A stretch of 64,000 nucleotides of DNA, from assembly GCA_030612025.1 (NCBI GenBank), contig JAUWOR010000008.1:1-64000 (forward strand), read 5' to 3'. Positions 1-9,683 of the stretch are shown here, piece by piece (within the stretch, counting starts at the first letter, position 1; each line of letters opens with the position of its first letter). Both the position numbers and the translations under genes were made by a program. The stretch is from Dehalococcoidia bacterium (GTDB lineage: Bacteria > Chloroflexota > Dehalococcoidia > GIF9 > AB-539-J10). Under the pieces are notes generated by a model that ran no database searches, had not been told where the DNA came from, and saw only the letters and a list, made by a program, of their open reading frames with translations.

Positions 1-2
1 GT

Positions 3-704
3 TGTGAAGGCTGCCAGCTTGAGGTTCTCAACTTTGACACTGAATTAGTGGAGCTACTGAACCACGTAGATATCGTCAATTTTAGGGAGGCTAAAACAGA
101 AAGGGAGGATAACTATGAAATAGCTTTTGTGGAGGGGTCCATCACCAGGGAATCAGAAATACCCAGGTTGAAGAAAATAAGGCAACAAGCAAAGATAGTG
201 GTGGCTTTAGGTGCTTGCGCTTGTTTAGGTGGAGTTAACTGCCTGAAAAATTTCCGTCCTATGGAGGAAAACCTTAAGATAGTTTACGGCGATGCCGCTA
301 AATACTATGACACCATCCCGGCACGTCCCATCAGCAGCATTGTTCCTGTTGACTATTATGTCCCTGGCTGCCCTATTGATAAAAAAGAGTTTCTTAAAGT
401 AACCAAGGCTTTGCTTTTGGGCAAAAGGCCGGAGATACCTAATTATCCCGTATGCGTTGAGTGTAAATTGGCCGGGAATATCTGCGCCTTCGATAAAGGC
501 GAAACATGCTTAGGCCCGGTTACCAGAGCCGGTTGCAACGCCATCTGTATTAGCAATGGTCGCCATTGCTGGGGTTGCCGGGGGCAGGTAGATGATCCTA
601 ACACCAATTCGGAAAAGGAGATACTACAAAAGCACGGATTGACTGTAGAGGATGTATTGAACCAGTTCAGAATCTTTAACGGCTATCTGGAGGTGTCAAA
701 ATGA
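3..704 (+). CDS. [NiFe]-hydrogenase small (delta) subunit, group 3b-like; 5' end outside window
   Basis: Frame is open from base 3 (CEGCQ..). Motifs EGSI, GACACLGG, VPGCP and C-terminal FeS Cys motifs (CVEC..CLGPVTRAGC..C..CWGCRG). Confidence 0.9.
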   Translation, partial: CEGCQLEVLNFDTELVELLNHVDIVNFREAKTEREDNYEIAFVEGSITRESEIPRLKKIRQQAKIVVALGACACLGGVNCLKNFRPMEENLKIVYGDAAKYYDTIPARPISSIVPVDYYVPGCPIDKKEFLKVTKALLLGKRPEIPNYPVCVECKLAGNICAFDKGETCLGPVTRAGCNAICISNGRHCWGCRGQVDDPNTNSEKEILQKHGLTVEDVLNQFRIFNGYLEVSK

Positions 705-1987
705 CGCAGCTAAACATCAATGTCCACCATGTAACCAGAGTAGAGGGACATGGCAACATCACCGTTAACACCAAGGATGGTAAGATAGAAGAAATAACCT
801 GGGCAATTCCAGAGTCCCCTCGATTCTTCGAAGCTATGCTAAGAGGCCTAAACTATGCGGACGTAACTTGGATAGCTCCCAGAATTTGTGGCATATGTTC
901 CATAGCTCATGCCACCGCATCCATTCAAGCAACCGAGGCTGCCTTCGGTGTCCAACTAAGTGAACAAGCAATGCTCCTGCGCAAGCTTCTATATCACGCC
1001 GAGACACTGCAAAGCCATGTACTTCATTTCTACTTTCTGGCAGCACCAGACTTCCTAGGGGTGGGCAGCGTTTTCCCTCTAGTCAATACCCACAAAGAAG
1101 TAGTTTTAAGGGCTCTGCGGCTGAAGAAATTGGCTAACGATCTGGCCGACCTTATAGGTGGCAGGAAAACTCATCCTATGGCCTGCATTGTTGGTGGATT
1201 CACAAAATTGCCTGAAATTAGCCAACTGAAAATCATGCAGCAAAGATTAGCCCAAGCGATGGATGATTTAAGGGAGACAGTCAAACTATTCCAGGGACTC
1301 AAAATACCCAACTTTAGCCGAGAGACAGAATATATCGCTCTTAAAGACCCGAAAGAATATGCCTTCATTTCTGGCGATATCGCTTCAACTGATACCGGCA
1401 CTGCACCTATAGCTGATTACCTCAGCATAACCAATGAGTTTTGCGTCCCTCAATCCACGGCTAAATTCAGCAAGCACAGCCGTGATTCTTATATGGTTGG
1501 AGCTCTGGCACGGTTCAATAACAACTATACTCAGCTTTCGCCTGAGGCTCAAAAAGCAGCCGAAGATTTGGGAGTAAAAGCAATCTGCCACAATCCGTAC
1601 ATGATAAGCGTAGCTCAGGTTGTGGAATCGATCTACGCAGTTGAGGAAAGTCTGAAGATAATTGATCAACTTATGGCTCAGGGACTAAAGGAAGAGAAAC
1701 CAGATGTCAAGGTTAAAGCAGGGAGGGGTATTGGTGCAGTAGAAGCTCCCCGAGGAATACTATTCCATGATTATACCTATGACGATAAGGGAATATTAAC
1801 CGAGGCTAACTGTGTTATTCCGACCAATCAAAACCATAACAACATCCAGAAGGATATGGAAGCATTAGTGCCGAGCGTTATCAACAAGAGCCAAGAGGAG
1901 ATAACTCATCTGCTAGAAATGCTGGTACGTGCCTATGATCCATGCATTTCTTGCTCAGCTCACTTCCTAGAAGTAAAATTTGTTTAA
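701..1987 (+). CDS. [NiFe]-hydrogenase large (alpha) subunit, group 3b-like
   Basis: TRVEGHG, L1 motif RICGIC, L2 motif DPCISCSAH followed by a short cleavable tail. Confidence 0.93.
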   Translation: MTQLNINVHHVTRVEGHGNITVNTKDGKIEEITWAIPESPRFFEAMLRGLNYADVTWIAPRICGICSIAHATASIQATEAAFGVQLSEQAMLLRKLLYHAETLQSHVLHFYFLAAPDFLGVGSVFPLVNTHKEVVLRALRLKKLANDLADLIGGRKTHPMACIVGGFTKLPEISQLKIMQQRLAQAMDDLRETVKLFQGLKIPNFSRETEYIALKDPKEYAFISGDIASTDTGTAPIADYLSITNEFCVPQSTAKFSKHSRDSYMVGALARFNNNYTQLSPEAQKAAEDLGVKAICHNPYMISVAQVVESIYAVEESLKIIDQLMAQGLKEEKPDVKVKAGRGIGAVEAPRGILFHDYTYDDKGILTEANCVIPTNQNHNNIQKDMEALVPSVINKSQEEITHLLEMLVRAYDPCISCSAHFLEVKFV

Positions 1988-1990
1988 CCT

Positions 1991-4333
1991 ATGGCTAAAA
2001 TAAAAACCTTGGCGCTAGCTCATATCAGTGTTTTTGGTGTTGTCCAAGGAGTCGGCTTCAGACCTTTTGTTTATGGGCTAGCCACCAAACACAACTTAAA
2101 GGGATGGGTATGCAATACCTCTGAGGATGTCAAAATTGAAATAGAGGGGGAGGCAGAAGCTATTGAGCAGTTTAAGCTGGAGCTGCAAACAAAAGCCCCA
2201 CCTCTAGCTCGCATTGAAAGTATAGCTATTAGCTATCATTCACCCATTGGCTACAAAAGCTTTGAGATCCGTAGTAGCATTGCTGAAGAGGGAAAATACC
2301 AACTCATTTCCCCAGATATTGCCACTTGTCAAGCTTGTCTGAGTGAACTACTAGACCCAGATAATAGGCGCTATCGCTACCCCTTCACTAACTGCACCAA
2401 CTGTGGCCCACGATTTACCATAATTGAAGATATGCCCTATGACCGTCCCAAAACTACCATGCGCTATTTCCAAATGTGCCACCAATGCCAGGAGGAATAT
2501 GATAATCCGCTGGATCGCCGCTTTCATGCTCAACCAAATGCCTGTCCAAAATGTGGTCCAAAAGTCGAACTAGTTAATGCCCAGGGTAAACCTGTAGCCA
2601 GTCCAGACCCTATAGCTACCGCCAGCCAGCTCTTGAAAAGAGGGAGTATCATCGCTATTAAAGGCCTGGGGGGATTTCAGCTCGCTTGCGATGCTACCAA
2701 TAAAACGGTGGTCAGAACCTTGCGGGAAAGGAAAAGACGATGGTTCAAGCCATTTGCCATAATGGTAACCAACATGGAAGAAGTCAAAAAACACTGCTAT
2801 GTTTCCCCAAAGGAGGAGAAGCTGCTCACCTCACCTCAAAGCCCTATCGTGCTTATGAAATGGAGGGATGGCTCACCTGTATCTCCAGAGGTAGCTCCAA
2901 ATTTAGCCTACTTGGGAATTATGCTGCCTTATACGCCATTGCACCACATCTTGCTTAGAGATACTGGATTGCCTTTAGTGATGACCAGCGGCAACATCAG
3001 TGAAGAGCCTATTGCTAACGATAATGATGAAGCATTGAGGAGACTAAAAGGGATTGCCGATTACTTTTTAATTCACAATCGGGATATTTATTCTCGTTAT
3101 GATGATAGCGTGGCCATGGTAGAAAGAGGAACAAACCAGCTTGTCAGGCGAGCTCGCAGCTATGCCCCTTGCCCCATCATTTTGCCTTTTAAAGCCAAAC
3201 AAGTGCTCGGCTGTGGTGCTGAGATAAAAAATACTTTTTGCCTAACCAGAGATAATTACGCTTTCTTAAGTCAACATATTGGTGATATGGAAAATATGGA
3301 AACCTTAGAGCATTTTGGCAACACTATTTCCCTCTATAAAAGGTTGTTTCGAATTGAGCCTGAGATCGTCGCTCATGACCTTCACCCCGATTATCTTGCC
3401 ACCAAGTATGCCCAAGAACTAAGCAAATCTGGCACGAAACTTATTTCTGTACAGCACCATCATGCTCATATTGCTAGCTGCATGGCAGACAATGGATTAC
3501 AGTCCCGGGTAATTGGTGTCGCCTTTGATGGCACGGGAATGGGCAGCGATGGGCATATTTGGGGAGGAGAATTTCTGGTGGCTGACTGCAAGAGCTTTAG
3601 TAGGTTGGGACATTTAGAATACCTTCCTTTGCCTGGAGGAGATGCAGCTATAAAAAGACCCTACCGCACTGCCATTGGCTATATTCTCAGCCTATTAGGA
3701 GAAGATGCTTTAAGGCGATTAGCCTTTATGGAACAAGTTAGCAAAGCTGAGGCAGAAGTTATAAAGCGCCAAATAGAAAGAGGGCTAAATTCGCCGCTGA
3801 CTTCGAGCATGGGACGCCTATTTGATGCTATATCAGCGCTGATAGGCATAAGGGGTAAAATAGATTATGAAGGGCAAGCAGCCGTGGAGCTAGAAATGGC
3901 TGCTTATACCCGTCATTGCGAGGAGCGAGATTCCTCGCTTACACTCGGAACAAGCTCCGCAATCTCCGATGATAATGAAAGCTATCCGTACAACATAACT
4001 AAAGATAAGGGAATGAGGATTATTAAACTGAGGGAGCTGCTCCAAGCTATAGTAGAAGACTTAAAGCAAGGAAGCTCTAAAGCCAGGATATCAGTCAAAT
4101 TTCATAACACCGTAGCTCAGATGACAAATGAGATGTGCCAGTTGATAACTAATGAAACTGGGATTAACCAAATAGTTCTAAGCGGCGGTGTATTCCAGAA
4201 TCGATTGCTACTAAACAAAACAGCTAGCCTGCTAGAAAAAGGCGGCTTCCAGGTATTTACCCACAAGCAAGTGCCCTGCAATGATGGCGGCATCTCTTTA
4301 GGGCAAGTAGTGGTCGCCAATTTTGTTAAATAA
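1991..4333 (+). CDS. hypF: Hydrogenase maturation carbamoyltransferase HypF
   Basis: Acylphosphatase GVVQGVGFRPF, two zinc fingers, QHHHAH, DGTGMG, NDGGISLGQ. Confidence 0.97.
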   Translation: MAKIKTLALAHISVFGVVQGVGFRPFVYGLATKHNLKGWVCNTSEDVKIEIEGEAEAIEQFKLELQTKAPPLARIESIAISYHSPIGYKSFEIRSSIAEEGKYQLISPDIATCQACLSELLDPDNRRYRYPFTNCTNCGPRFTIIEDMPYDRPKTTMRYFQMCHQCQEEYDNPLDRRFHAQPNACPKCGPKVELVNAQGKPVASPDPIATASQLLKRGSIIAIKGLGGFQLACDATNKTVVRTLRERKRRWFKPFAIMVTNMEEVKKHCYVSPKEEKLLTSPQSPIVLMKWRDGSPVSPEVAPNLAYLGIMLPYTPLHHILLRDTGLPLVMTSGNISEEPIANDNDEALRRLKGIADYFLIHNRDIYSRYDDSVAMVERGTNQLVRRARSYAPCPIILPFKAKQVLGCGAEIKNTFCLTRDNYAFLSQHIGDMENMETLEHFGNTISLYKRLFRIEPEIVAHDLHPDYLATKYAQELSKSGTKLISVQHHHAHIASCMADNGLQSRVIGVAFDGTGMGSDGHIWGGEFLVADCKSFSRLGHLEYLPLPGGDAAIKRPYRTAIGYILSLLGEDALRRLAFMEQVSKAEAEVIKRQIERGLNSPLTSSMGRLFDAISALIGIRGKIDYEGQAAVELEMAAYTRHCEERDSSLTLGTSSAISDDNESYPYNITKDKGMRIIKLRELLQAIVEDLKQGSSKARISVKFHNTVAQMTNEMCQLITNETGINQIVLSGGVFQNRLLLNKTASLLEKGGFQVFTHKQVPCNDGGISLGQVVVANFVK
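3911..3966 (+). repeat. Palindromic miniature element half inserted in frame in hypF
   Basis: CGTCATTGCGAGGAGCG...GCAATCTC, translated RHCEERDSSLTLGTSSAIS; same terminus as the intergenic copy at 53832. Confidence 0.7.
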
Positions 4334-4353
4334 AACCTAACTGTTCAATCCCA

Positions 4354-4499
4354 TGTCATTCTGAGGGAGCACTTCGGCTTCGCTCAGTGTAAACTCAGCG
4401 AACGAAGAATCTCAGAGACCCTTCGCGGAGCCTGTCCTGAGCGCCATCAGATTCTTCACTTCGTTCAGAATGACAGGAAGCGAAGGGCTCAGGGTCACA
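4354..4499. repeat. Nested palindromic miniature repeat (TGTCATTCTGAG...CAGAATGACA family)
   Basis: Inverted termini and GAAGAATCT/AGATTCTTC internal arms; related copies at 15943, 37726 and 53832. Confidence 0.8.
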
Positions 4500-4542
4500 T
4501 AAGGGGTAGCTGAACACTTACGCCAGCTGCCCAGTGTGTCTT

Positions 4543-5784
4543 ATGAAAAAAGATAGCCTGTGGCATGATAAAACCCTCCTTGCCCTTTGTATGGCAGCGC
4601 TAGTTCTTATGATGGGGTTAGGATTTCTTAGCCCTATTTTGCCTAAGTTTGTCCAAGCGCTGGGCATTGCTCCACCTCAAATAGGAACCATGGTAGGGCT
4701 AGTTATAACCGTATTTGGCATAGCTCGAGCTGCTATGGATCTGCCCGCTGGCAGGCTAGCTCACCTCTGGGGGCGGAGACCTCTTCTCATCCTCGGTCCA
4801 GCTCTGGTGACTATCAGTGCTATTGGTTGTGGCTTGGCTGTAGAATACTGGCAATTGGTGGTATTCCGCTTTCTTCAAGGGTTGGGCTCAGCCCTCTTCA
4901 GTGTAGCCGCCATAATTGTCATCGGCGAGATCAGCACCCCGGCCAACCGGGGACAATATATAAGCTTTTACTGGGGAGCTTTCCTTATTGGCTGTAGTCT
5001 TGGGCCGACATTAGGTGGATTCGTGGGGGAGTATTTAGGTTATCGAGCCCCTTTCTTTTGCTTCGCTGGACTCGCCTTACTAGCCGCCCTGTGGTGCTAC
5101 TTCCGCATCCCAGAAACTAAAGGAAGGCGACCGACTGGCATATTTGCCTCAAGCAATCTCCCAGTTAAGAACAGTTCAATAGAGAAGCCAGCTCCCCTAC
5201 ATAAGAATTTAAACTTCATACTCATCTCCATGGTGTCTTTATTTACCTTAATTACCCTGAGTGGCAACCAGATAACTCTAATTCCCCTCCTGGGCTATGA
5301 ACGCCTCAACCTAAGGGAAGGGCAAGTAGGCTTGACCCTTACCCTGGTAGCTGTTATGCAATTTGCCTTTGTTTTTCTTGCCGGTAGGCTTTCAGATAAG
5401 CTGGGAAGGAAAGCTATTATTGTGCCTGGGGGGATAATAACTGCTTTGGGGTTAGTCATGCTCATCCATAGCCCTAGCTACCAGTTTTTCCTGCTCAGTG
5501 CTGTAGTGCTAGGGATGGGAAGGGGATTTGGTGGCGCTGTCCCTACTGCCTATGTCGCTGACATCGCCCAATCACAAAATTACGAACATACTATGGCGCT
5601 ATATCGCACGGTGAGCGATATCGGCTTTGTAGTAGGTCCCATTCTCTTAGGTTGGCTTAAAGATACCAGCGGATTTGATTTTCCCTTCTTTCTGGGCGCT
5701 GGACTACTCCTTGGAGCAATAATCCTTTTCGCCGCATTAGCCAAAGAAACTACTGGCCACGGTAAAAATCAGGAAATGCTATGA
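4543..5784 (+). CDS. MFS transporter
   Basis: About 12 hydrophobic segments; motif A (GRLAHLWGRR, GRLSDKLGRK). Confidence 0.9.
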   Translation: MKKDSLWHDKTLLALCMAALVLMMGLGFLSPILPKFVQALGIAPPQIGTMVGLVITVFGIARAAMDLPAGRLAHLWGRRPLLILGPALVTISAIGCGLAVEYWQLVVFRFLQGLGSALFSVAAIIVIGEISTPANRGQYISFYWGAFLIGCSLGPTLGGFVGEYLGYRAPFFCFAGLALLAALWCYFRIPETKGRRPTGIFASSNLPVKNSSIEKPAPLHKNLNFILISMVSLFTLITLSGNQITLIPLLGYERLNLREGQVGLTLTLVAVMQFAFVFLAGRLSDKLGRKAIIVPGGIITALGLVMLIHSPSYQFFLLSAVVLGMGRGFGGAVPTAYVADIAQSQNYEHTMALYRTVSDIGFVVGPILLGWLKDTSGFDFPFFLGAGLLLGAIILFAALAKETTGHGKNQEML

Positions 5785-5929
5785 TGAATGAAGTATTTTC
5801 CGCTACCAAAATAGCTTTCAAGGTTATTATAGTGATACATTTGCTCCGTCAGCTTCCTTTAGCTTGAGTTAACCGATATATAGCTTCGGCTTGTATTACA
5901 GGGAAATTCGGGCTAAAATGCCTAAAGTT

Positions 5930-6157
5930 ATGTGTCTAGCCATACCAATGAGAATCGTCTCCATAGAAGGCGATGAAGCCAAGGCAGAGGTTGGTGGGGT
6001 AGTGCGTCGAGTTAGCATCGCACTTACCCCGGAAGCGAAGGTAGGGGAGTATGTGTTGCTTCACACTGGTTATGCCATAGGCGTGATAGATGAAGCCGAA
6101 GCCAAGGAAACCTTAAAGCTCCTAGAAGAGATAGCAAGCTTCAGTGAAATTTCTTGA
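5930..6157 (+). CDS. hypC: HypC chaperone
   Basis: N-terminal MCLAIP and VGEYVLLHTGYAI. Confidence 0.95.
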   Translation: MCLAIPMRIVSIEGDEAKAEVGGVVRRVSIALTPEAKVGEYVLLHTGYAIGVIDEAEAKETLKLLEEIASFSEIS

Positions 6158-7265
6158 CGAGTACCAAAACAGTGAGCTGGCCACAAAACTAGCACACAGA
6201 ATCGCTAACCACTCTACTAAGTCAATCAGGTTAATGGAATTCTGTGGTGGGCATACCCATGCCATAATGAGACATGGAATTCGCCAGCTAGTCCCCGAAA
6301 CAGTCGAAATGAGAGCCGGCCCAGGTTGCCCGGTATGCGTTACAGCAACCAGCGATTTGGATAAGGCTATTGCCTTGGCATGGTTGCCCAATGTTACCAT
6401 CACTACCTTTGGGGATATGATGAGGGTGCCTGGTAGCTATTCCAGCTTACAGCGGGCGAAGGCTGAGGGAGCAGATGTGAGAGTTGTCTATTCCACTATG
6501 GACGCTATGGAAATAGCCAGAGAAAACCCCAAGAAATCAGTTATCTTTATCGGCATTGGCTTTGAGACCACGGCACCAACTATAGCTGCCTCCATAATTA
6601 AGGCACAGCAAGGGGGGATAGAAAACTTCCACGTCCTTTCCTGTCTCAAGTTAACCCCACCAGTGATGAAGGCGCTTCTTGACTCGGGTGAGGTAAAGCT
6701 AGATGGCATTATTTGTCCTGGGCATGTCAGCGTTATAATCGGCTCTCGTCCTTATGAATTTATACCTGCGGATTATGGGGTTGCTTGCGTTATCTCAGGC
6801 TTTGAACCCATAGATATTTTATTATGTGTAGGTAAGCTAGTGGAGCAAATTGAAGCTGGCCAGCCGAAAGTAGAAATAGCCTATCGCCGTGGAGTAAAGC
6901 CTCAAGGCAATAGGAAAGCCTTAGAATTGATGGGGGAGGTTTTCCAAATTGATGGAGCTAACTGGCGAGGAATTGGCATCGTGCCACAAAGTGGCTTAAA
7001 AATTAACCAGAAATATGAGCATTTTGATGCCGATAAAGTTTTTTCGGGATTGCTTCGCTTTGCTCGCAATGACAAGCCAGTGAGAGAACCTAAAGGTTGC
7101 CGCTGCGGAGATGTAATTCGTGGGGTAGCCACACCGCTTGAATGCCACCTCTTCGGCAAGGTTTGCACCCCCGAGAAGCCTGTAGGTCCCTGTATGGTCT
7201 CTAGCGAAGGTGCTTGCGCTGCCTATTATCAATATGGGCCCCCTGAAAGTTCTGAGAATTTTTAA
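6144..7265 (+). CDS. hypD: HypD
   Basis: MEFCGGHTH, GPGCPVC, GFETT, PGHVS, GPCMVSSEGAC. Confidence 0.97.
   Translation: MKFLDEYQNSELATKLAHRIANHSTKSIRLMEFCGGHTHAIMRHGIRQLVPETVEMRAGPGCPVCVTATSDLDKAIALAWLPNVTITTFGDMMRVPGSYSSLQRAKAEGADVRVVYSTMDAMEIARENPKKSVIFIGIGFETTAPTIAASIIKAQQGGIENFHVLSCLKLTPPVMKALLDSGEVKLDGIICPGHVSVIIGSRPYEFIPADYGVACVISGFEPIDILLCVGKLVEQIEAGQPKVEIAYRRGVKPQGNRKALELMGEVFQIDGANWRGIGIVPQSGLKINQKYEHFDADKVFSGLLRFARNDKPVREPKGCRCGDVIRGVATPLECHLFGKVCTPEKPVGPCMVSSEGACAAYYQYGPPESSENF
7046..7074 (+). repeat. Palindromic miniature element half inside hypD
   Basis: GGGATTGCTTCGCTTTGCTCGCAATGACA, translated GLLRFARND. Confidence 0.7.
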
Positions 7266-7284
7266 GCAAAATATGGAGTGAGCT

Positions 7285-8289
7285 ATGAGTGATGTCATTC
7301 TTTTAGCCCATGGCAGTGGTGGCAAATTGAGCCATGATTTAGTGCAGAAAACATTCCTTCCCTCCCTGGCTAACACCATGTTAAATAAATTAGATGACTC
7401 AGCTATTTTTGAAGCCAGTGGACGCCTTGCCTTTACCACTGATAGCTACGTAGTTAATCCTATTTTCTTCCCCGGTGGGGATATAGGCCGGCTGGCTGTT
7501 TGCGGCACAGTCAATGACTTGTCTATGAGCGGAGCTAAACCGCTATACTTAAGCTTGTCCCTGATTGTAGAAGAGGGCTTTTCCCTGAGTGAACTTGACC
7601 ACATAGTTAAATCAGTAAAGGCAGCCGCTGCAGAGGCTGGGGTAAATATAATCACCGGGGATACCAAGGTAGTAAACCATGGACAGGCTGATAAGCTATT
7701 TATCAATACCTCAGGAATAGGAATAATCTCTCCAGGGGTTGATATCTCAGGAGCTAATGCTAAAGTCGGTGACAAAGTTATCTTAAGCGGCACTATTGGT
7801 GACCACGGCATAGCTATAATGAGCCAGCGCGAGGGATTAAAGTTCTCCGTGCCTATAGAAAGCGATTGCGCTCCGTTGAACAAATTGGTATCTCAAATAC
7901 TGAAAGCCTCATCCAGAATTCATTGCTTCCGTGACCCCACCCGAGGTGGACTGGCTACCACCCTCAATGAATTTGCCGCACAGTCTAATGTGGGTATCGT
8001 AGTAGAGGAGGATAAAATACCAGTGAAGGAAAGTGTTAGGGCTGCCTGCGAACTTCTAGGCTTCGACCCTGTTTACGTTGCCAATGAGGGTAAACTGGTG
8101 GCCATAGTCGAGCCAAATGATGCTGACAAAGTTCTGGCTAAAATGAAGCAAAACAGCTATGGCAGAGATGCTGCTATTATTGGCGAGGTAAGCGATGCTC
8201 ACCCCGGCAAAGTAGTAATGAAGACGAAGCTAGGTCCCTCACGAATTGTTGATATGCTTTCCGGAGAGTTATTACCACGGATATGCTAA
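7285..8289 (+). CDS. hypE: HypE
   Basis: AHGSGG, TTDSYVV, DPTRGG, C-terminal LPRIC. Confidence 0.97.
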   Translation: MSDVILLAHGSGGKLSHDLVQKTFLPSLANTMLNKLDDSAIFEASGRLAFTTDSYVVNPIFFPGGDIGRLAVCGTVNDLSMSGAKPLYLSLSLIVEEGFSLSELDHIVKSVKAAAAEAGVNIITGDTKVVNHGQADKLFINTSGIGIISPGVDISGANAKVGDKVILSGTIGDHGIAIMSQREGLKFSVPIESDCAPLNKLVSQILKASSRIHCFRDPTRGGLATTLNEFAAQSNVGIVVEEDKIPVKESVRAACELLGFDPVYVANEGKLVAIVEPNDADKVLAKMKQNSYGRDAAIIGEVSDAHPGKVVMKTKLGPSRIVDMLSGELLPRIC

Positions 8290-8663
8290 ATGAAGGAGGC
8301 AAGGTGCTTTCGATTGGCGTAGATATAATAGAAGTAGAGCGAATTGAGTCAGCAATTAGACAGTGGGACAAGCGTTTTTTAAATCGAATTTACACTGAAG
8401 CTGAACTTAAGATTTGTCAGAGCAGAATTCCAGCCTTGGCCGCCCGATTTGCCGGCAAGGAAGCCGTGATGAAGGTCTTAGGCACCGGCGCTAAAGGCGT
8501 TGGCTGGCAAGAAATTGAGATTCTAGCTGATGCTCGGGGGAAGCCATTAGTTCAACTCTATGGTAAAGCTAGAGAGAGAGCCAAAAAGTTAAACTTAAGT
8601 GAATTCTCTATCAGCCTTTCCGATACTAAGCAATATGCCGTGGCTGCAGCTATAGCAAGTTAA
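8283..8663 (+). CDS. acpS: Holo-ACP synthase
   Basis: GVDIIE, ARFAGKEAVMK, GKP, SISLS. True start may be GTG 8304. Confidence 0.93.
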   Translation: MLNEGGKVLSIGVDIIEVERIESAIRQWDKRFLNRIYTEAELKICQSRIPALAARFAGKEAVMKVLGTGAKGVGWQEIEILADARGKPLVQLYGKARERAKKLNLSEFSISLSDTKQYAVAAAIAS

Positions 8664-8765
8664 AGCTGCATTCCTACTAATAAGCACAAGCATCCGCTAT
8701 AATGGGCAATGGTCTTGCAATAGATTGCTGCTTTCACTTCTCCATCTTCCTTTCAATTTTCTCTG

Positions 8766-9611
8766 CTATAGCGAGTGAATCTCCTCATACTGTAGAAAGG
8801 ACTTTGCCACGAATTCCATTGGGGAGAGAGCGGCTTTTACCTCTTTTTCATCCTGGGGGTTGGAAGGGATCTTCTTATCCCGCAAAGCTTTTGAATGGTC
8901 CACTTCACAGCGATACCTGTAGAGTATTTTGGCCACTTGAGGGATTGTCTTCTCGGTATCATCAAAGCCCGGCAAATTTTTGGTGACTTGGCTTAGAGGC
9001 CGTGCATTGCTGCCAAAGCATTCGTCTAATGCGAGTTTAAGCAATCCTTCCTCATAAGATTGCTCTGATTCGCTCAATTGCTTGACTTTGTTTCTGTCGA
9101 GTCCTTTCACCAACTGTATTTTACTAGCTACATTCTCGGCAGCTAGATAAAGGTCGTGGAATCTATTGAAGGGGTCGTCAGTCCAATGAGCATGCCTGAA
9201 ATGACTAGCAGCCTCGGATGGCTTGACATCTATTTTGCCTAGCTTGTTTGAGTCATATACTTCAAGAATATTTCCAGAGGAATCTTTCTCGCCTACAATA
9301 GCACCCTCTACCAGTATCGCCCCATCGCCAACCGTGATGCTTACCCGTTTTTGACCGGTAGGGCTAACATGTTCCACGCGTTGTGTAGCCGGGTCAATAA
9401 CGAAGGTAGCTCCAAACTTCCAAGATAGAGCATCTAAGAATCGGTTAGCGACTGTAAGAGCTTTTTGCTGAGCATCCGCTTCATTACAAGCCTCAGCAAA
9501 TTCGACAACCAACTGATCACTGCCTTGGCTAACTTGCGCTTTTACGCCATTAATCTCTGTGTTTGCTTCCAACTGCGATGGCTTGTTTAGATTGAAATAA
9601 ACCTTCCACAT
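8766..9611 (-). CDS. Hypothetical protein, ApeA/MauJ-like HEPN candidate
   Basis: C-terminal helical region with RxxxxH motif (RCEVDH), preceded by 'RFHDLYLAAE'; adjacent to an RM gene. Confidence 0.5.
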   Translation of the reverse strand: MWKVYFNLNKPSQLEANTEINGVKAQVSQGSDQLVVEFAEACNEADAQQKALTVANRFLDALSWKFGATFVIDPATQRVEHVSPTGQKRVSITVGDGAILVEGAIVGEKDSSGNILEVYDSNKLGKIDVKPSEAASHFRHAHWTDDPFNRFHDLYLAAENVASKIQLVKGLDRNKVKQLSESEQSYEEGLLKLALDECFGSNARPLSQVTKNLPGFDDTEKTIPQVAKILYRYRCEVDHSKALRDKKIPSNPQDEKEVKAALSPMEFVAKSFLQYEEIHSL

Positions 9612-9683
9612 CTTTAATCTTCCTTACTCATGATTGCAGCCCTTCTGCAGTCGCAATAAGGCACTATACCTATAGGCACTTGC

